This document shows, piece after piece, positions 14,126 to 25,734 of a stretch of 53,944 nucleotides of DNA. Numbering within the stretch: position 1 is the first letter of the stretch; the number at the start of each line of letters is the position of its first letter. Origin of the DNA: Basidiobolus ranarum (Eukaryota). Made by a program: the position numbers and the translations under genes. Under the pieces are notes generated by a model. That model saw only the letters and a list, made by a program, of their open reading frames with translations, ran no database searches and was not told the DNA's origin. Location of the stretch: NCBI GenBank assembly GCA_040143965.1, contig JASJQH010006889.1, positions 1-53,944 on the forward strand, in the 5' to 3' direction.

Positions 14126-15498
14126 ATGAATCATGGATATCCTCAGGTATGATACCAGCACTTTGTCGTTCAGTCAAAAGGAGCTCTACTCTTGAATTTG
14201 ATATCTGATGTATTTCACCATTTGTTGTAGCACGTAATTCCTCATCCTCATCAACAAGACAATGTAATTCCCCAAGTTGGAGATACTAAAAAATTGTCGG
14301 AATTCCTAGCGGATTTATTTACCATAGGGAGTTTAAAAGTACTATTTTATTCCACAACTGATATTTACCAAATCGTAGCAGTGACAGTGGCAAATATATT
14401 TTTATTTACTTCCTTCCTTTTCCATTCTTTCCTAGGGTTTTCAGCATTTTGAACTTTACCTTTGTGGACGTGAAGAATTATTGTTGAGAGTAAATAACCA
14501 AAGAGAAGTCAGCCCAACCAAACGAGGTTTCTCTAGTGCTTTTCAAATAGCAAAAACTCAGTATGTAACCTGACTTTGAATGCCGACTCTTCTGTCAAGT
14601 TCTCATTATTCTGTACATAACAGGAAAGCCACTAACTTGTCACATAAGACTCAAAGATTGTGAGTAGCACTATACAAAAGCTTTTCTAGTCTGCGCCTCT
14701 AATTGTTGTGAGATATTTAGATTGAGGGCGACGACATTGGGTCCTACCCTTCCAGCCACAATCCCTTTGGATCACGAGCTTGTACGGGTAATTTATTAGA
14801 TGTTCTCAAAGGTATGAAAGAGCTAAGATCAGTTTTTGTGGTTAGAACCAAACGCAAACAACATTTCTTATTGCTGGTTATGCTCGTTACAAAAGGCCAT
14901 ACGTGTGGGTGGGTAAAAATACAACTTCCATCGATTTACCATTTGCTAACCTGTTCGAGTAGTTGAGATCAAATCACAAGAAGCTTTTGAAACTTGAAAT
15001 AGATCCCACAAAACACAAGGATGGCGATAACCCACTTAAATTGGTCACCATTTCAGATTGGAGAAGCAAAGGTTCTAGGCTTAGAATTTCTATCGAGCAT
15101 CATGTACATACTCACTCTGGTCAAATCTTGTAGAGACTAAGGTCTGGGACATTATATCTGAAGTAATCTTGTTAACCCAAGAGCCGCCACCGACGAATCC
15201 ATTCGCTGTAGATCATGATTATTTCGATAGTTTGCCTGTCGAAGAGAGCGTTTTCGCTACTGGTGCGCTCATTTCTGTTCTCCAAAAGATCTATCTGTCC
15301 AACTTCCCCTATGCAGATCAAGGTATGGCCTCATATTCGATTTACTCTATTCACTTCATACGGCTAAAGGTTGTGATTCCTCTAGTTATGAATGATATCA
15401 AGCAACTACACCAAAGACACTACACCGACTTTGGTGAGTTGGTGGAGTTTCAATTCATGCACAAGCAACAGCCCAAACTGAATGGACATCGATTCTAA
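14126..15498 (+). CDS. Multi-exon protein of unknown function (about 9 exons)
   Basis: GT-AG exons join in frame: MNHGYPQ|..KKLSEFLADLFTIGSLK|GFQHFELYLCGREELLL..|..LPATIPLDHEL|NQTQTTFLIAGYARYKRPYVW|LRSNHKKLL..DNPLKLVTISDWRSK|ETKVWDIISEV..PPPTNPFAVDHDYFDSLP..|VMNDIKQLHQRH..RF*. Confidence 0.8.
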
Positions 15499-15547
15499 AC
15501 AAAACTACTCTTTCATCCCGACATTTTCAATCACATTCGCTAATACC

Positions 15548-15582
15548 ATTCAGTGGCCATTCAGGGGCCATTCAGGGGCCAT
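15548..15582. repeat. 11-bp tandem repeat (cattcag[t/g]ggc) x3
   Basis: cattcagtggc cattcaggggc cattcaggggc cat. Confidence 0.85.
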
Positions 15583-15816
15583 AAATATACAATAAACCCA
15601 TTATCAACTGTATTTCTTGCTCTTAGTCATTACTAATATGTTCCCGGGAATTATGTAATCCGAATTGCCGCAGTTGGACTAACTTCATATTATAGGAACC
15701 AGTCATCACCTGGAACAAATTTAATTAATTGGACGTATATGTACTAATGTGTCCTTATCATTTAATGTGAGTAAAGGAGTACCTCTTTCTAACTTTTTCC
15801 ACGCAAGTTTGTGTAA

Positions 15817-16445
15817 ATGATGCGGCACACTAAATCTAGAACTAGTAAAGAAGATGGGATCCTTGCGCTTCCTTCGGAATTGAGTAAAAATACTTGGATA
15901 TCTAAGTCCTCACCAACTTTCACAACTAGGTATACTCTCAAGGACTTGGCTTCACTACGTTCAAGTAGAACTGAATGTTTTATGGTGGAATTGGTGCATG
16001 GAATACTTTTGGGAACGCTCAAGTAGACCTAGGGCTATGGGGAAAATAGACCGTCGCAAGGACTGGCGTTTGGTTTATCTTGAATCTCACTTGGGAAAAG
16101 AACTTGGCTCAGTAACGTAAGTACAGTGTAATAGAATTCAAAACTTTATATTCCTCATGTATATTAAAAATATTTCCGCTTAGTACACAACCAGTATCAA
16201 GGAGTAACGATAACCGACCTGGTTTGGCAAAACCTTGGCAACATTTCGAAGAAACTCCTATCGAAGTTCCAGCTGAGCCAATTCCCTTGTCACATCATTC
16301 CAACCATAACAAGGTGAAGCCGTGGAGTCTGAAAGGACGCAACAAAGTGGAGATGAGAGAGTATTATAAATCAATTAGAAGCAAGCCAAAATGGAAAAAA
16401 TCCGATCATTGTAGCAGTCGTTTAGATTTTCTATGGGAGGAATAA
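15817..16445 (+). pseudogene. F-box protein gene with a frameshift inside the F-box (pseudogene, recoded gene or assembly error)
   Basis: Frame 1 reads MMRH..ILALPSEL. After one extra base (15883) the +1 frame reads VKILGYLSPHQLSQLGILSRTW..LWWNWC..KDWRLVYL. An intron at 16117-16183 joins in frame to the 16224-16445 ORF. Confidence 0.75.
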
Positions 16446-16710
16446 GTCCTCGTAAAGAATCGTCTTTGGCTTATTTAATCGCATATATCTAACGAAAGTA
16501 GGACTGAACGTAGAGATAGTTTTGTGACTACATACTTTATTCTGATCTGAGTACACACCAATGACATGTTGTATATGTACATATATATGCTCTATAGATC
16601 CCTAAAAATTAAACAATAAATTTTGCTTATAAATGGAAAATATCGATCACTAAACTTGATGTTGTAGATATTCATCCTAAATTCTTTACTGTTACCATTT
16701 CAAAGGGCTA

Positions 16711-17781
16711 ATGAGTGTACGTGCAACGAAAAAGCGAACTTTAACCTTTGTCGCTGCGATAGTGCTTATTGGGGTATTCTATTATTCTTTCTTTAGAGAG
16801 TCTCTGTTTGATACACAACTGTCAGATACAAAATCCGACAAAACTACTTTAACAGAACAAGATCTCAGGTTACTTCAGAGTTTGTCAGTTCCCGATAGGC
16901 TTACAGTCAACGGAGCTTTACTGAAACCATTGTTAGTACCAAGAGTATCAGGAACACAGGCAAACAAAGATGTACAAGAATATATCAAAAGCCACTTTCA
17001 CAAACTTGGTTGGAAAATAGAAGAAGACCGATTTAACGATACTACCCCCTTTGGTGTAAAAGCTTTTAACAATATCATCGTTTCGAAGTTTTCAAATTCC
17101 CCTAGAAAATTAATTCTCGCCGCTCATTTTGACTCGAAATATTTCCCCAATAATGACTTTGTTGGTGCGACTGACTCTGCAGTACCTTGCGCCATCTTGT
17201 TAGATGTGGCCTCAACCTTAAATAAGTATCTATCACGCAGTGGAAACCCGGAAGTCGGCTTGGAACTGGTGTTCTTTGATGGAGAAGAAGCATTTGAGCA
17301 TTGGAATAGACAAGATTCAGTTTATGGCGCGCGGCACCTGGCCAATAAATGGTCCAATATACCTGCTCCTAATAACAAAAATATCAGTCGCATCGAGGCC
17401 ATTGAGCTCTTTGTACTTTTAGATCTTATTGGTGCTAAAGATTCCACTATTCTGAATCTTCAATATCCCACTACCTCTGCTTTCACCCAACTAAGTCAAA
17501 TAGAAAAACGTCTTACTCAACTTTCTTTATTGTCTAAACCAATGACTGCTAGTAAGTCAGCAGATTATTTCGATACCCAACTATTCCCTGGTAATATCGA
17601 TGACGACCACCGGCCTTTTCTGGAAAAAGGAGTTCCTATCGTACACCTCATCCCATATCCTTTCCCTCAAGTTTGGCATAAGTTAACAGATAATGCTGAT
17701 GCTATTGACCATGATACAGTTGTGGACTTCAGTTTACTTATGCGTGCGTTTGTTGCCGAGTATCTTCGGCTGTACCTTTAG
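16711..17781 (+). CDS. Glutaminyl-peptide cyclotransferase (M28 family) with an N-terminal membrane anchor
   Basis: AAHFDSK, GATDSAVPCA, FFDGEEAF, LLDLIG, DDDHRPF and PFPQVWH motifs; hydrophobic segment at about aa 10-28. Confidence 0.93.
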   Translation: MSVRATKKRTLTFVAAIVLIGVFYYSFFRESLFDTQLSDTKSDKTTLTEQDLRLLQSLSVPDRLTVNGALLKPLLVPRVSGTQANKDVQEYIKSHFHKLGWKIEEDRFNDTTPFGVKAFNNIIVSKFSNSPRKLILAAHFDSKYFPNNDFVGATDSAVPCAILLDVASTLNKYLSRSGNPEVGLELVFFDGEEAFEHWNRQDSVYGARHLANKWSNIPAPNNKNISRIEAIELFVLLDLIGAKDSTILNLQYPTTSAFTQLSQIEKRLTQLSLLSKPMTASKSADYFDTQLFPGNIDDDHRPFLEKGVPIVHLIPYPFPQVWHKLTDNADAIDHDTVVDFSLLMRAFVAEYLRLYL

Positions 17782-17967
17782 CTCACCATTCAAGTAGTAT
17801 TCATATATTTATAGGTTCAATAAAATCATCGAAAATATCCAATTGAAAAATTCCATAGATTATTTATGTGACGGTGGCTAGAAAATTTCTCACCAATATT
17901 AAGTTGAAAACTTTTTGATACCTTATTTGATTAACAAAGTCATATCTTTGGCAAAGAGGTCATAGAA

Positions 17968-18966
17968 ATGTATTCAAGAACAAGCCTCAAACTACTGAAG
18001 TGAGTTTTCTCTTTTTCTTTAGACCTTTATTCTTCCAAGTAACGCTTGGATTAGATAGACCTGTATACCGATTTGGAAGTAACTTGAGCTAATTATATTG
18101 GTATTTATCTTTTCGAAAATAGGTCCAACTCAATCAGTACCTGTCTGAGGAGATATGGTGAAGTGAAAAAGAGTACCAGTTTGTTTTATAGCACAAGTCG
18201 CTCGGAGGACGACGAAGACTGGAGCCAAAGTAAAAATAAGGAGGAGAAAAAGCTTGAAACCGCTCAAGATTTATTTTCGGATTTAGTTGAAGAGGAAGCT
18301 TCCGAGGAGTCCAGTGCCGATAATGATACGAGCTCACCCATTGAACTAAGACTTTTGGATTTGATTGAACGCCAAGAAGAGATTTATAAAAGTAAAGGTA
18401 CTCCAGGACCCAAATTCCTCGATAAAGCACAACGTAAAATACCACAAACCGCGTTGTGGGATGTTTTGAGTAATAGGTCTGGTTTCCGTTCTACACCGCG
18501 TTCAATTCTTCCTAAAACTTTGGATGAGGATCAGATAGAATCACAAATTGCCCAATTACAAAGTTCCAAGAACAACCTGGAGTTAAGAAGTAAAGTGGCC
18601 GAGATATTCTCCGGTGAAGATACTCCTAGAGACAGTATTCTTGCTACAACTATCTCCTTGGCTCGCAACTTTGGCGACCCATATATGGGTTATGCTATAT
18701 ATCAGCAAGTTAAACGTAAGGGAGTCGTTAGCTACGTGACTGGTTGCTCAGGTCGTGTATATAACGAACTACTGATAAATAGCTGGGATATATTACGAGA
18801 CCGCACTAAAGTGGAATCTTTCTTAACCGAGATGATCAAAGCAGGTATTGAAGCCAATCCAGAAACCAAGAGAATTGTATCTAGAATTATTTCAGAAGAG
18901 GCAGAGTATGGTAAAGATGTAGAGTCTTTAAGAATCCTAGTTCAAAGCTTAGAACTACCTGCGTAA
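17968..18966 (+). CDS. Mtf2/Nam1-like mitochondrial RNA-metabolism protein (2 exons)
   Basis: ATG at 17968 and intron 18000-18122; R/K/S-rich presequence-like N-terminus; C-terminal YQQVKRKGVVSYVTGCSGRVYNELLINSW resembles the Mtf2 C-terminal motif. Confidence 0.7.
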
Positions 18967-19282
18967 ATCCCAAGACTCGTTTATACATGTATTCTTCACT
19001 GCAGCATCCACACTCATAGATTTATTAAGTAAATGGGATTCGGCCATAGAGTTTTCATTCACTTGTGCTTCTATCATTTTTAACTACTATTTTACCAACT
19101 TTGGCTATCATTTCCTTCCTATTCTAGTTATCTACGAGAGTGGTTCATGGTTATGTGATTCCTTAGAATAGATTCCTTCAAGCGCTAGTAATTCAACTTG
19201 AAATCATTGATTTATATAATACAAATTAATAAATAGATTCTCAACATCGATGAAAATGCCCTTCTCTTGACCAATAAACCCG

Positions 19283-20203
19283 TCAATAAATCCCTACCAG
19301 GTCCGCAGCGTAAATGGCTGCTAGCATAGAGAAAAGTAGATAAAGAGCTATCGACCACACCGTCATGAGCATAAGAATCTTGGATATACTACGAAGATGG
19401 TTGGCGATTGCATCAAACTAAGAATGCTAAGTATATGCTAGCTAATCTTACCTAGTGTCACGGCTTTTTAGCAGAGCGGCAAGTTGCGAACTAAAACCCA
19501 ATCCTTTGGGTGAGGCCAGGTTCTAATGGATCAAGTTAGTAAACTGAAAAGCGTGCAGTGAAACACTTTTACATACGTCTTCAGCTTCTATAGAACGTAT
19601 CTTTTGGTTAAGTTCGGTGAGTCTTCTTTCCTTTTCGACCAAAGCTGACTCTCTTTTATGAAATTCTCGTTGAATTATGGAAATATCTTCCTCCAAAAGT
19701 GCTTGCTAAATATTATTGAAGTGAGTGACGGGATTCTACTTTTCGAACGGCTATCAGAGAACAATAACCTTCTCTTGTAGTTTGTTGAACGACTCATTCA
19801 TAACGGTCTGACTCTCTAGCTCATTCTGACGAGCCATTTCGAATAAATTCACCAGGTCTCCAGCTAATCTTCTTTTTAAAGTAAAGTAAAAGGATTCAGC
19901 TTTCAGAAGAACAGTACTTGGTTTGAAGAGATGTCCGATGCTGTTGACATTGACCCAGTAAGACAAAGTTACCTATAAGAGTCTAGATTCTTCAGACTTG
20001 AATTTAATTCCTCTATTCTATGGACAACCTGTGGGAGAGGGAGCATTAGATTCACAGCATAAAATAACACCCCAGGCAAGACCAACACTTACCTGCTCCT
20101 TTTTGGAGTTGGTCCAACTTTTAAAAATAGGTTTCCTCAAAACACCTATTCGTTTATCAGCTTTAGAAGTTCCATTTTCAACTGGTTGAGCTCGAACAGT
20201 CAT
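19283..20203 (-). CDS. Small coiled-coil protein with a C-terminal transmembrane helix (tail-anchored), about 6 exons
   Basis: Exons join in frame: MTVRAQ..KKEQ|VVHRIEELNSSLKNLDSYR|RLAGDL..KLQEK|QALLEED..IRSIEAED|NLASPKG..|..ILMLMTVWSIALYLLFSMLAAIYAADLVGIY*. The exact 3' end is uncertain. Confidence 0.7.
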
Positions 20204-20521
20204 CTTAATTCATGAAGATAGGTGTGATATTCGGAAATTTTGGAAATATTAATACAAGCCATCGATTAATAAATTTGTTCCAAAAATCCCTAAATCTTCA
20301 TCACCCCTTTTGGTTGTTAGACTCCCCAAATAACTTACGCTTTGGATTTACACAGGAATGCTTATTTATTATGCAATATACAAGGAAACATATTAATCAC
20401 AAGATAGCATGGAGTACGGATAATGAGTATGGATAATACTAAAGCTACAAAATATTCTCACTAATCCTGATACTGGCACTGATACTGATGTGGGGTTGTG
20501 AATATATTCTGCCAACAATAG

Positions 20522-21419
20522 CTAAGACGCTGAGGTAGTAGATGAAGAGGAAGCTTCAGCATCTTCATCTTCTGAGGACATATCGGAAAACTCATCCCTG
20601 TAGAAAATCCATTAGTTACAATTCACTTGAAAATGGGATTTTTTTAGCTTACCACATGGACAATTTGGCTGACTGCTTTGGCACCACTTGTTCCTTTTCT
20701 TTACCTTTCGATTTGACATCCACCTTTTTCTTGGACTTCATAACTAAAGAAAATAACCAATGTAAGCACAGAATAATGCGAAAGATTAGGTAATATGCCC
20801 AATGATTTACCTGAAGAAACTGCGTTCTTAACATCTTCAATAATTTCTTGACTCTCTTGAAGGAATTCAGCGTCATCAAAGCGAAACTTTTTAACAGGAC
20901 GTTCTTTTAAACCATCTTCAATTTTTCGATTAATACGTTCTTCTTTTTCACGTTCTCTTTGTTCTTCATGTTCAGCATAGTCAGCAATTCTATTAAAGGA
21001 AGAATAAGTTAGAAGTCACGAATAGAATACCCAATATATTGAACAGAGTTTGAGTCTCACCTTTTTGCGGCCTTTATGGTTTTCAGTCTTGTACCAGAAA
21101 GATCTCGACAACTGTCATAGTTGGTGGTTTTCTTGGAGGACATTCTACCACCTTGAGCTCTAAGCATGCTTCCGAAACCACCTTTTCCACCTACTAAAGC
21201 CATTTGGACTTTTAAAGTGGTGGGATGTGTGTTACTACTGTCGACTACATAACTCTCGTCCAAAGGTAAACCACCAAAAGTTAAGATCCTCTGTTCTTCA
21301 ACGGGAATATGGGATATCTCGTGTACACGGGACTTTACTAAAGCTATAGTTGGGTTAGAGTTAAACTCTAGACAAAGTAAACGTGGATTTCCAGGGAAAT
21401 TGATGTATACAGGCGCCAT
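20522..21419 (-). CDS. SDE2: Sde2 ubiquitin-fold-activated splicing factor (4 exons)
   Basis: An N-terminal ubiquitin-like fold is followed by [34 protein letters not shown]; the acidic C-terminus ends at TAG 20522. Confidence 0.93.
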
Positions 21420-21937
21420 GTTTTAGGTGTAGTAAATACCTACGTGATAGAAGTAACTGGGACCGATATAAAGGAATTGAATGGAAATGACTGTCTATCT
21501 TGAAATTGGGTGAAAAAAAAGACCGATATTTGGAAAGATCCAACTAAGTGAGATCATGTGATGTTTCAGGTAGTAATGGAAATATTTATGATTCTAACAC
21601 CAGAAAACGCAGTAGCTGTAGATGATTATATGCACTTATAAGCACACATCTACTTCAAATCTTATTCAGTGGAACTATTCACTTTTCAAACTAATTGACC
21701 AGTTTGGAGACAAATTGAAATTCTTGGTTAACATAAGTGGTCTTATTCCGCAGATATAAATTCAAATCAGATTACATTAGATTTTTTTCAAAATCTCAGT
21801 GAATATGGTGTGGATCATACACCCATTTCTACATTAATCGAGTCGATCTTTTGAAGTAACTGTTGTAAAAGTTACTTGTGGCTTAAACCTATCTTATTTC
21901 ACTATAGAGAATCTTTAAAGAATAATAGTTATAAGGA

Positions 21938-23906
21938 ATGTCATTAGCCGATGAACTACTCGCTGATCTTGAAGATCTTAGTGGTAATGAGAGTGGAGAA
22001 GAGAAAGTAGAGGAAGAAGATCAAAAGATGGAGGGGACTGAAGACGCGATGGAGGACGAGGAATTTGAAGCCCAACAAAAAAAAATCGCACTCTTACTTA
22101 AAGGAGCTGAAAAGGTCACGGACGTAGCTAAATTACTGTATAGTAAAGAGTTGAAAGATGTCTTAAATGTTAGTTTTAAATAGTAACATTCTTTGACCGC
22201 GAATTCCACCACTTACAAATTTCAATCTCTCCACAGAAAATAGAGCACTATAAGGGAGCTCACCGGGAACCTACTCAATTGGTAGGCATAATGGAGGAGG
22301 ATCCTGAATACAAGTTGATTGTTAAAGCCAACGATCTAACTGCCGCTATTGATACTGAGATCATATCTGTTCATAGAGTATGTATTCTCGACAATAGTAC
22401 TGACATATCAACTCCTCTAATATTTCTCTCTTTCTAGTTTATTCGTGATCATTATGCACCCAAGTTTCCCGAACTGGAATCATTGGTTCCGAGCTCACTA
22501 GATTATGCTCGTGCTGTGAAAACAATAGGAAATGAACCTGTAAGTTACTCCAAAAATAACGTGATTGTTGTTTTATTGTACTGACATATCATTCTGATTA
22601 CTCTAGGATATCACGAAAGTTGACCTTCGACCAATACTTCCCTCTGCAACTATCATGGTTGTTACAGTTACCGGCTCTACTACCGTAGGAAAGCCATTAA
22701 ATGAACATGATTTTAAAATCGTGATGGATGCTTGTGATATGGCGTTAGAACTCGATGAAGCAAAGAAAACGGTATGGAATATATTGCTGAAGTTCAATAT
22801 CAAATATACTCGTCTAACGTTTATTAGATATTAGCATATGTTGAATCTAGAATGGCATTCATTGCTCCAAACCTTTCAGCCATCATCGGTAGTGCCACAG
22901 CAGCTAAACTTATGGGAGCAGCTGGTGGTTTGACTTCTCTAAGCAAAATGCCTGCTTGTAATATTCAGGTAGATATTTGTGATTGATAGATGTTTAATGA
23001 TTTTTTGTTAATCTTATGATAACAGGTACTTGGTGCTACTAAAAAAACTCAAACCGGATTCTCTAGTGTCACTATTAATCGACATGCTGGATTCATCTAT
23101 CATTCAGAATATGTGCAAAGAATCCCTTCAGATTTAAGGCAGAAGGCTACCCGCATTCTTGCAGCAAAGTAAATCCTTTGTCATACTGCAAACGTGACTA
23201 TATCAAATATTTACATTCCTTCTTCTTTAGATGCACACTGGCTGCTCGAGTTGACAGAGGACACGAGTCTACCGATGGTAAGTGAAGACGAATCGAATTC
23301 AACTATACTCTGTATTAAATTCCCTCGTGTAATAGGTTCCATTGGTAAGAAATTCCGTGAGGACATTGATCAGAAGATTGAAAAACTTGTCGAACCTCCA
23401 CCAGGTAAAAATATCAAAGCTCTTCCCGCACCAGATGACGCACCCAAAAAAAGAAGAGGAGGTAGAAGGGTTCGTAAACAGAAAGAGGCCTACGCTATCA
23501 CAGATCTTCGTAAAGCTCAAAATAGAATGTCATTCGGCGTTGCAGAGGATGAGGTGGGATCTATGGACTCTACCAAGGGGTTGGGAATGATCGGATCCAA
23601 TTCTGGTCGAGTTAGAGCTGCGACAGCGGATTCAAGAGTCAAAGGTAATGTGGTTATGGATTGGTTTTTGCACTTGCCATTCCTAAACTCAAGCATTCTT
23701 TCTTATTAGTACCATTCAAGAAGCCAAAAACTCTTAGTGGGTCATCTGGCGCCACTTCAGGACTTTCATCATCCTTGGCCTTTACTCCCGCTCAAGGCCT
23801 TGAATTAGAAAATCCCGAATCTCGAGGACAGAGAATCAGAGAAATCAATAACAAGTATTTCGACGATACTGCTGGATTCCTCAAAGTCGGGCAAAAAAAG
23901 GAGTAA
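21938..23906 (+). CDS. PRP31: U4/U6 snRNP protein Prp31 (multi-exon)
   Basis: [71 protein letters not shown] and [13 protein letters not shown]. Confidence 0.96.
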
Positions 23907-24191
23907 TGCAATGGTTTATTGTTGAATGGAATTATCTTTCAAGCACTCAATTGTGAGCAAATCCACATTTTAATAAACATATATGCTCCTTTGTATGTAT
24001 AAAGTATAATTAGAATAAATAACACCAAAATCATGGCACACTTCAGACTACACTACGTGAATGTAAACACGACAACGCTCGAAATCAATAAACATCAACA
24101 ATATAATTGATAGTAAGAAAATTCATTTTATTTTGCTTCAGTTCACAGAACATGATTTTACTGAGAATGAGAAACCAGTCTCATAATCCAT

Positions 24192-24584
24192 TTAACAGCT
24201 GCTGAAAGCCCAAGTGATGGAGACTCTACCAGAGGCCTCATCAGCGATTTGATTAAAAGCGGCAGGACTGAGATCCAAGTCACCATGTTTACAGCCAGGA
24301 CATTTGTCAACAATCTTGACTTTCACATTTCCCTTAGGTCCGGTAACAGTGGCACATTTGAAGCAGGATGCAGAGCCTCTAGGTGCGTTTCCATATTGAG
24401 GAGCATTTAATGCAGCGATCATATCACTTGGACCACTTGTAGTTTCGCAAGCACCAAGCCCAGGAGCGTAATATGTGGCATCACCTTGGAAACCATCTCT
24501 TTTAACTGGCACAGCATCCAAGAAACCAGCTTGGAAGGTAGTGGCAGCGACAAAGAGAAGAGCGAGTTTGGAAGCGAACATCAT
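24192..24584 (-). CDS. Secreted RlpA-like double-psi beta-barrel (expansin/loosenin-like) protein
   Basis: Signal peptide, then KR; GDATYYAPGLGAC, MIAALN, VKIVDKCPGC and DLDLSPAAF. A TATA-like tataaat lies on the minus strand near 24651-24657. Confidence 0.9.
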   Translation of the reverse strand: MMFASKLALLFVAATTFQAGFLDAVPVKRDGFQGDATYYAPGLGACETTSGPSDMIAALNAPQYGNAPRGSASCFKCATVTGPKGNVKVKIVDKCPGCKHGDLDLSPAAFNQIADEASGRVSITWAFSSC

Positions 24585-25734
24585 GTTTATTATCTGTGAC
24601 TCTCAGAGTTGGCCAGGAAATGATAATGGTTAGAGCTGAGGCTGCTAGCTATTTATACACATCTTGGAGTATATTGATGGATTCTATTTACAATTGACAC
24701 TGAGGATAGATTGGTTGGTGGCGTGAGTTGGTAGGATTGGTACGAATTTATTCCATGGACTCCCAAATTGGGATTATTCTTTACCTTGAAGAAAGGATTG
24801 CTTTTCATGGAAACTGCCAATGAACTAGATTTCCGGAGTCTCACAGATGGATTCGTTATTTTCTGGCAAATTCAGGATATAGACTAAACACACTTTCGTC
24901 ATGTTTTTTCTCTCAGTTGAGCATGAAGATAGCAGCTTAAGGACATATGTTTGGCGTAAGTTCAACATTCAAGATGTGGGGTTGAGCCGAGTCGAGTCCT
25001 GACAAATTCTGACCAATTCACCAGATGGAAACTAACCCTAGCCCTGACTACTGGTGTAACTTCATCCTAGACTATACTTATCACCAACCCTAACCATGGT
25101 CTCTATCTCAATAGCAGTCTTATCAGATGAGAAGTATTTCGGTATGTTGATGGTTAAAAATACTTGGAATCCCATTACCTCTTGTTCATTTGGATTGTTC
25201 TTAACATTTACGGTGAATCAAGATTAAAGTTACAACTTTTTGGGGGAAGAAAAAAAGATCATTTCAACGCAATACCTGGGTGCTTTCCCTTTTGACCAAA
25301 TCATGGTGATTCGTCTAAACATCTTAAATCTTCTTGACATGGAATCTACGTCATACTTGTATATTTCTATTTACAGAGACTGTGACTGATGTTTCTAGCG
25401 TAACCCTTACCCTAACCCTATCCCAGGCAAATATTCCCAAAGAAATCATCGACATCAACATCGACATTTATCAATTACCATAGGGGAGTGAATTCGGATA
25501 ATTTATGAAAATGCATCATCACACCAAAAGTATATAGTATATAGAATACAGAGGCTATATAATATATAAAATACAAGGCTACATAGAATAAAATACAATA
25601 AGTAAGCCATTACATATGCTGTAGAAAAAGAGGGGAAATGATTAAAAAAATTACATCAAGCGTGTTTCAAAATACCCTATTTTGAATGATTTTGTGACGG
25701 GCTATTGTGATAGGATATGGGATAGAGTGACTGC

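Noticed and set aside
25401..25424. Telomerase RNA template candidate (CCCTAACCCTA)
   Set aside because: It is embedded in degenerate repeats with similar words nearby, and I can identify no pseudoknot or other telomerase RNA element. Protein-binding sites are the simpler explanation.
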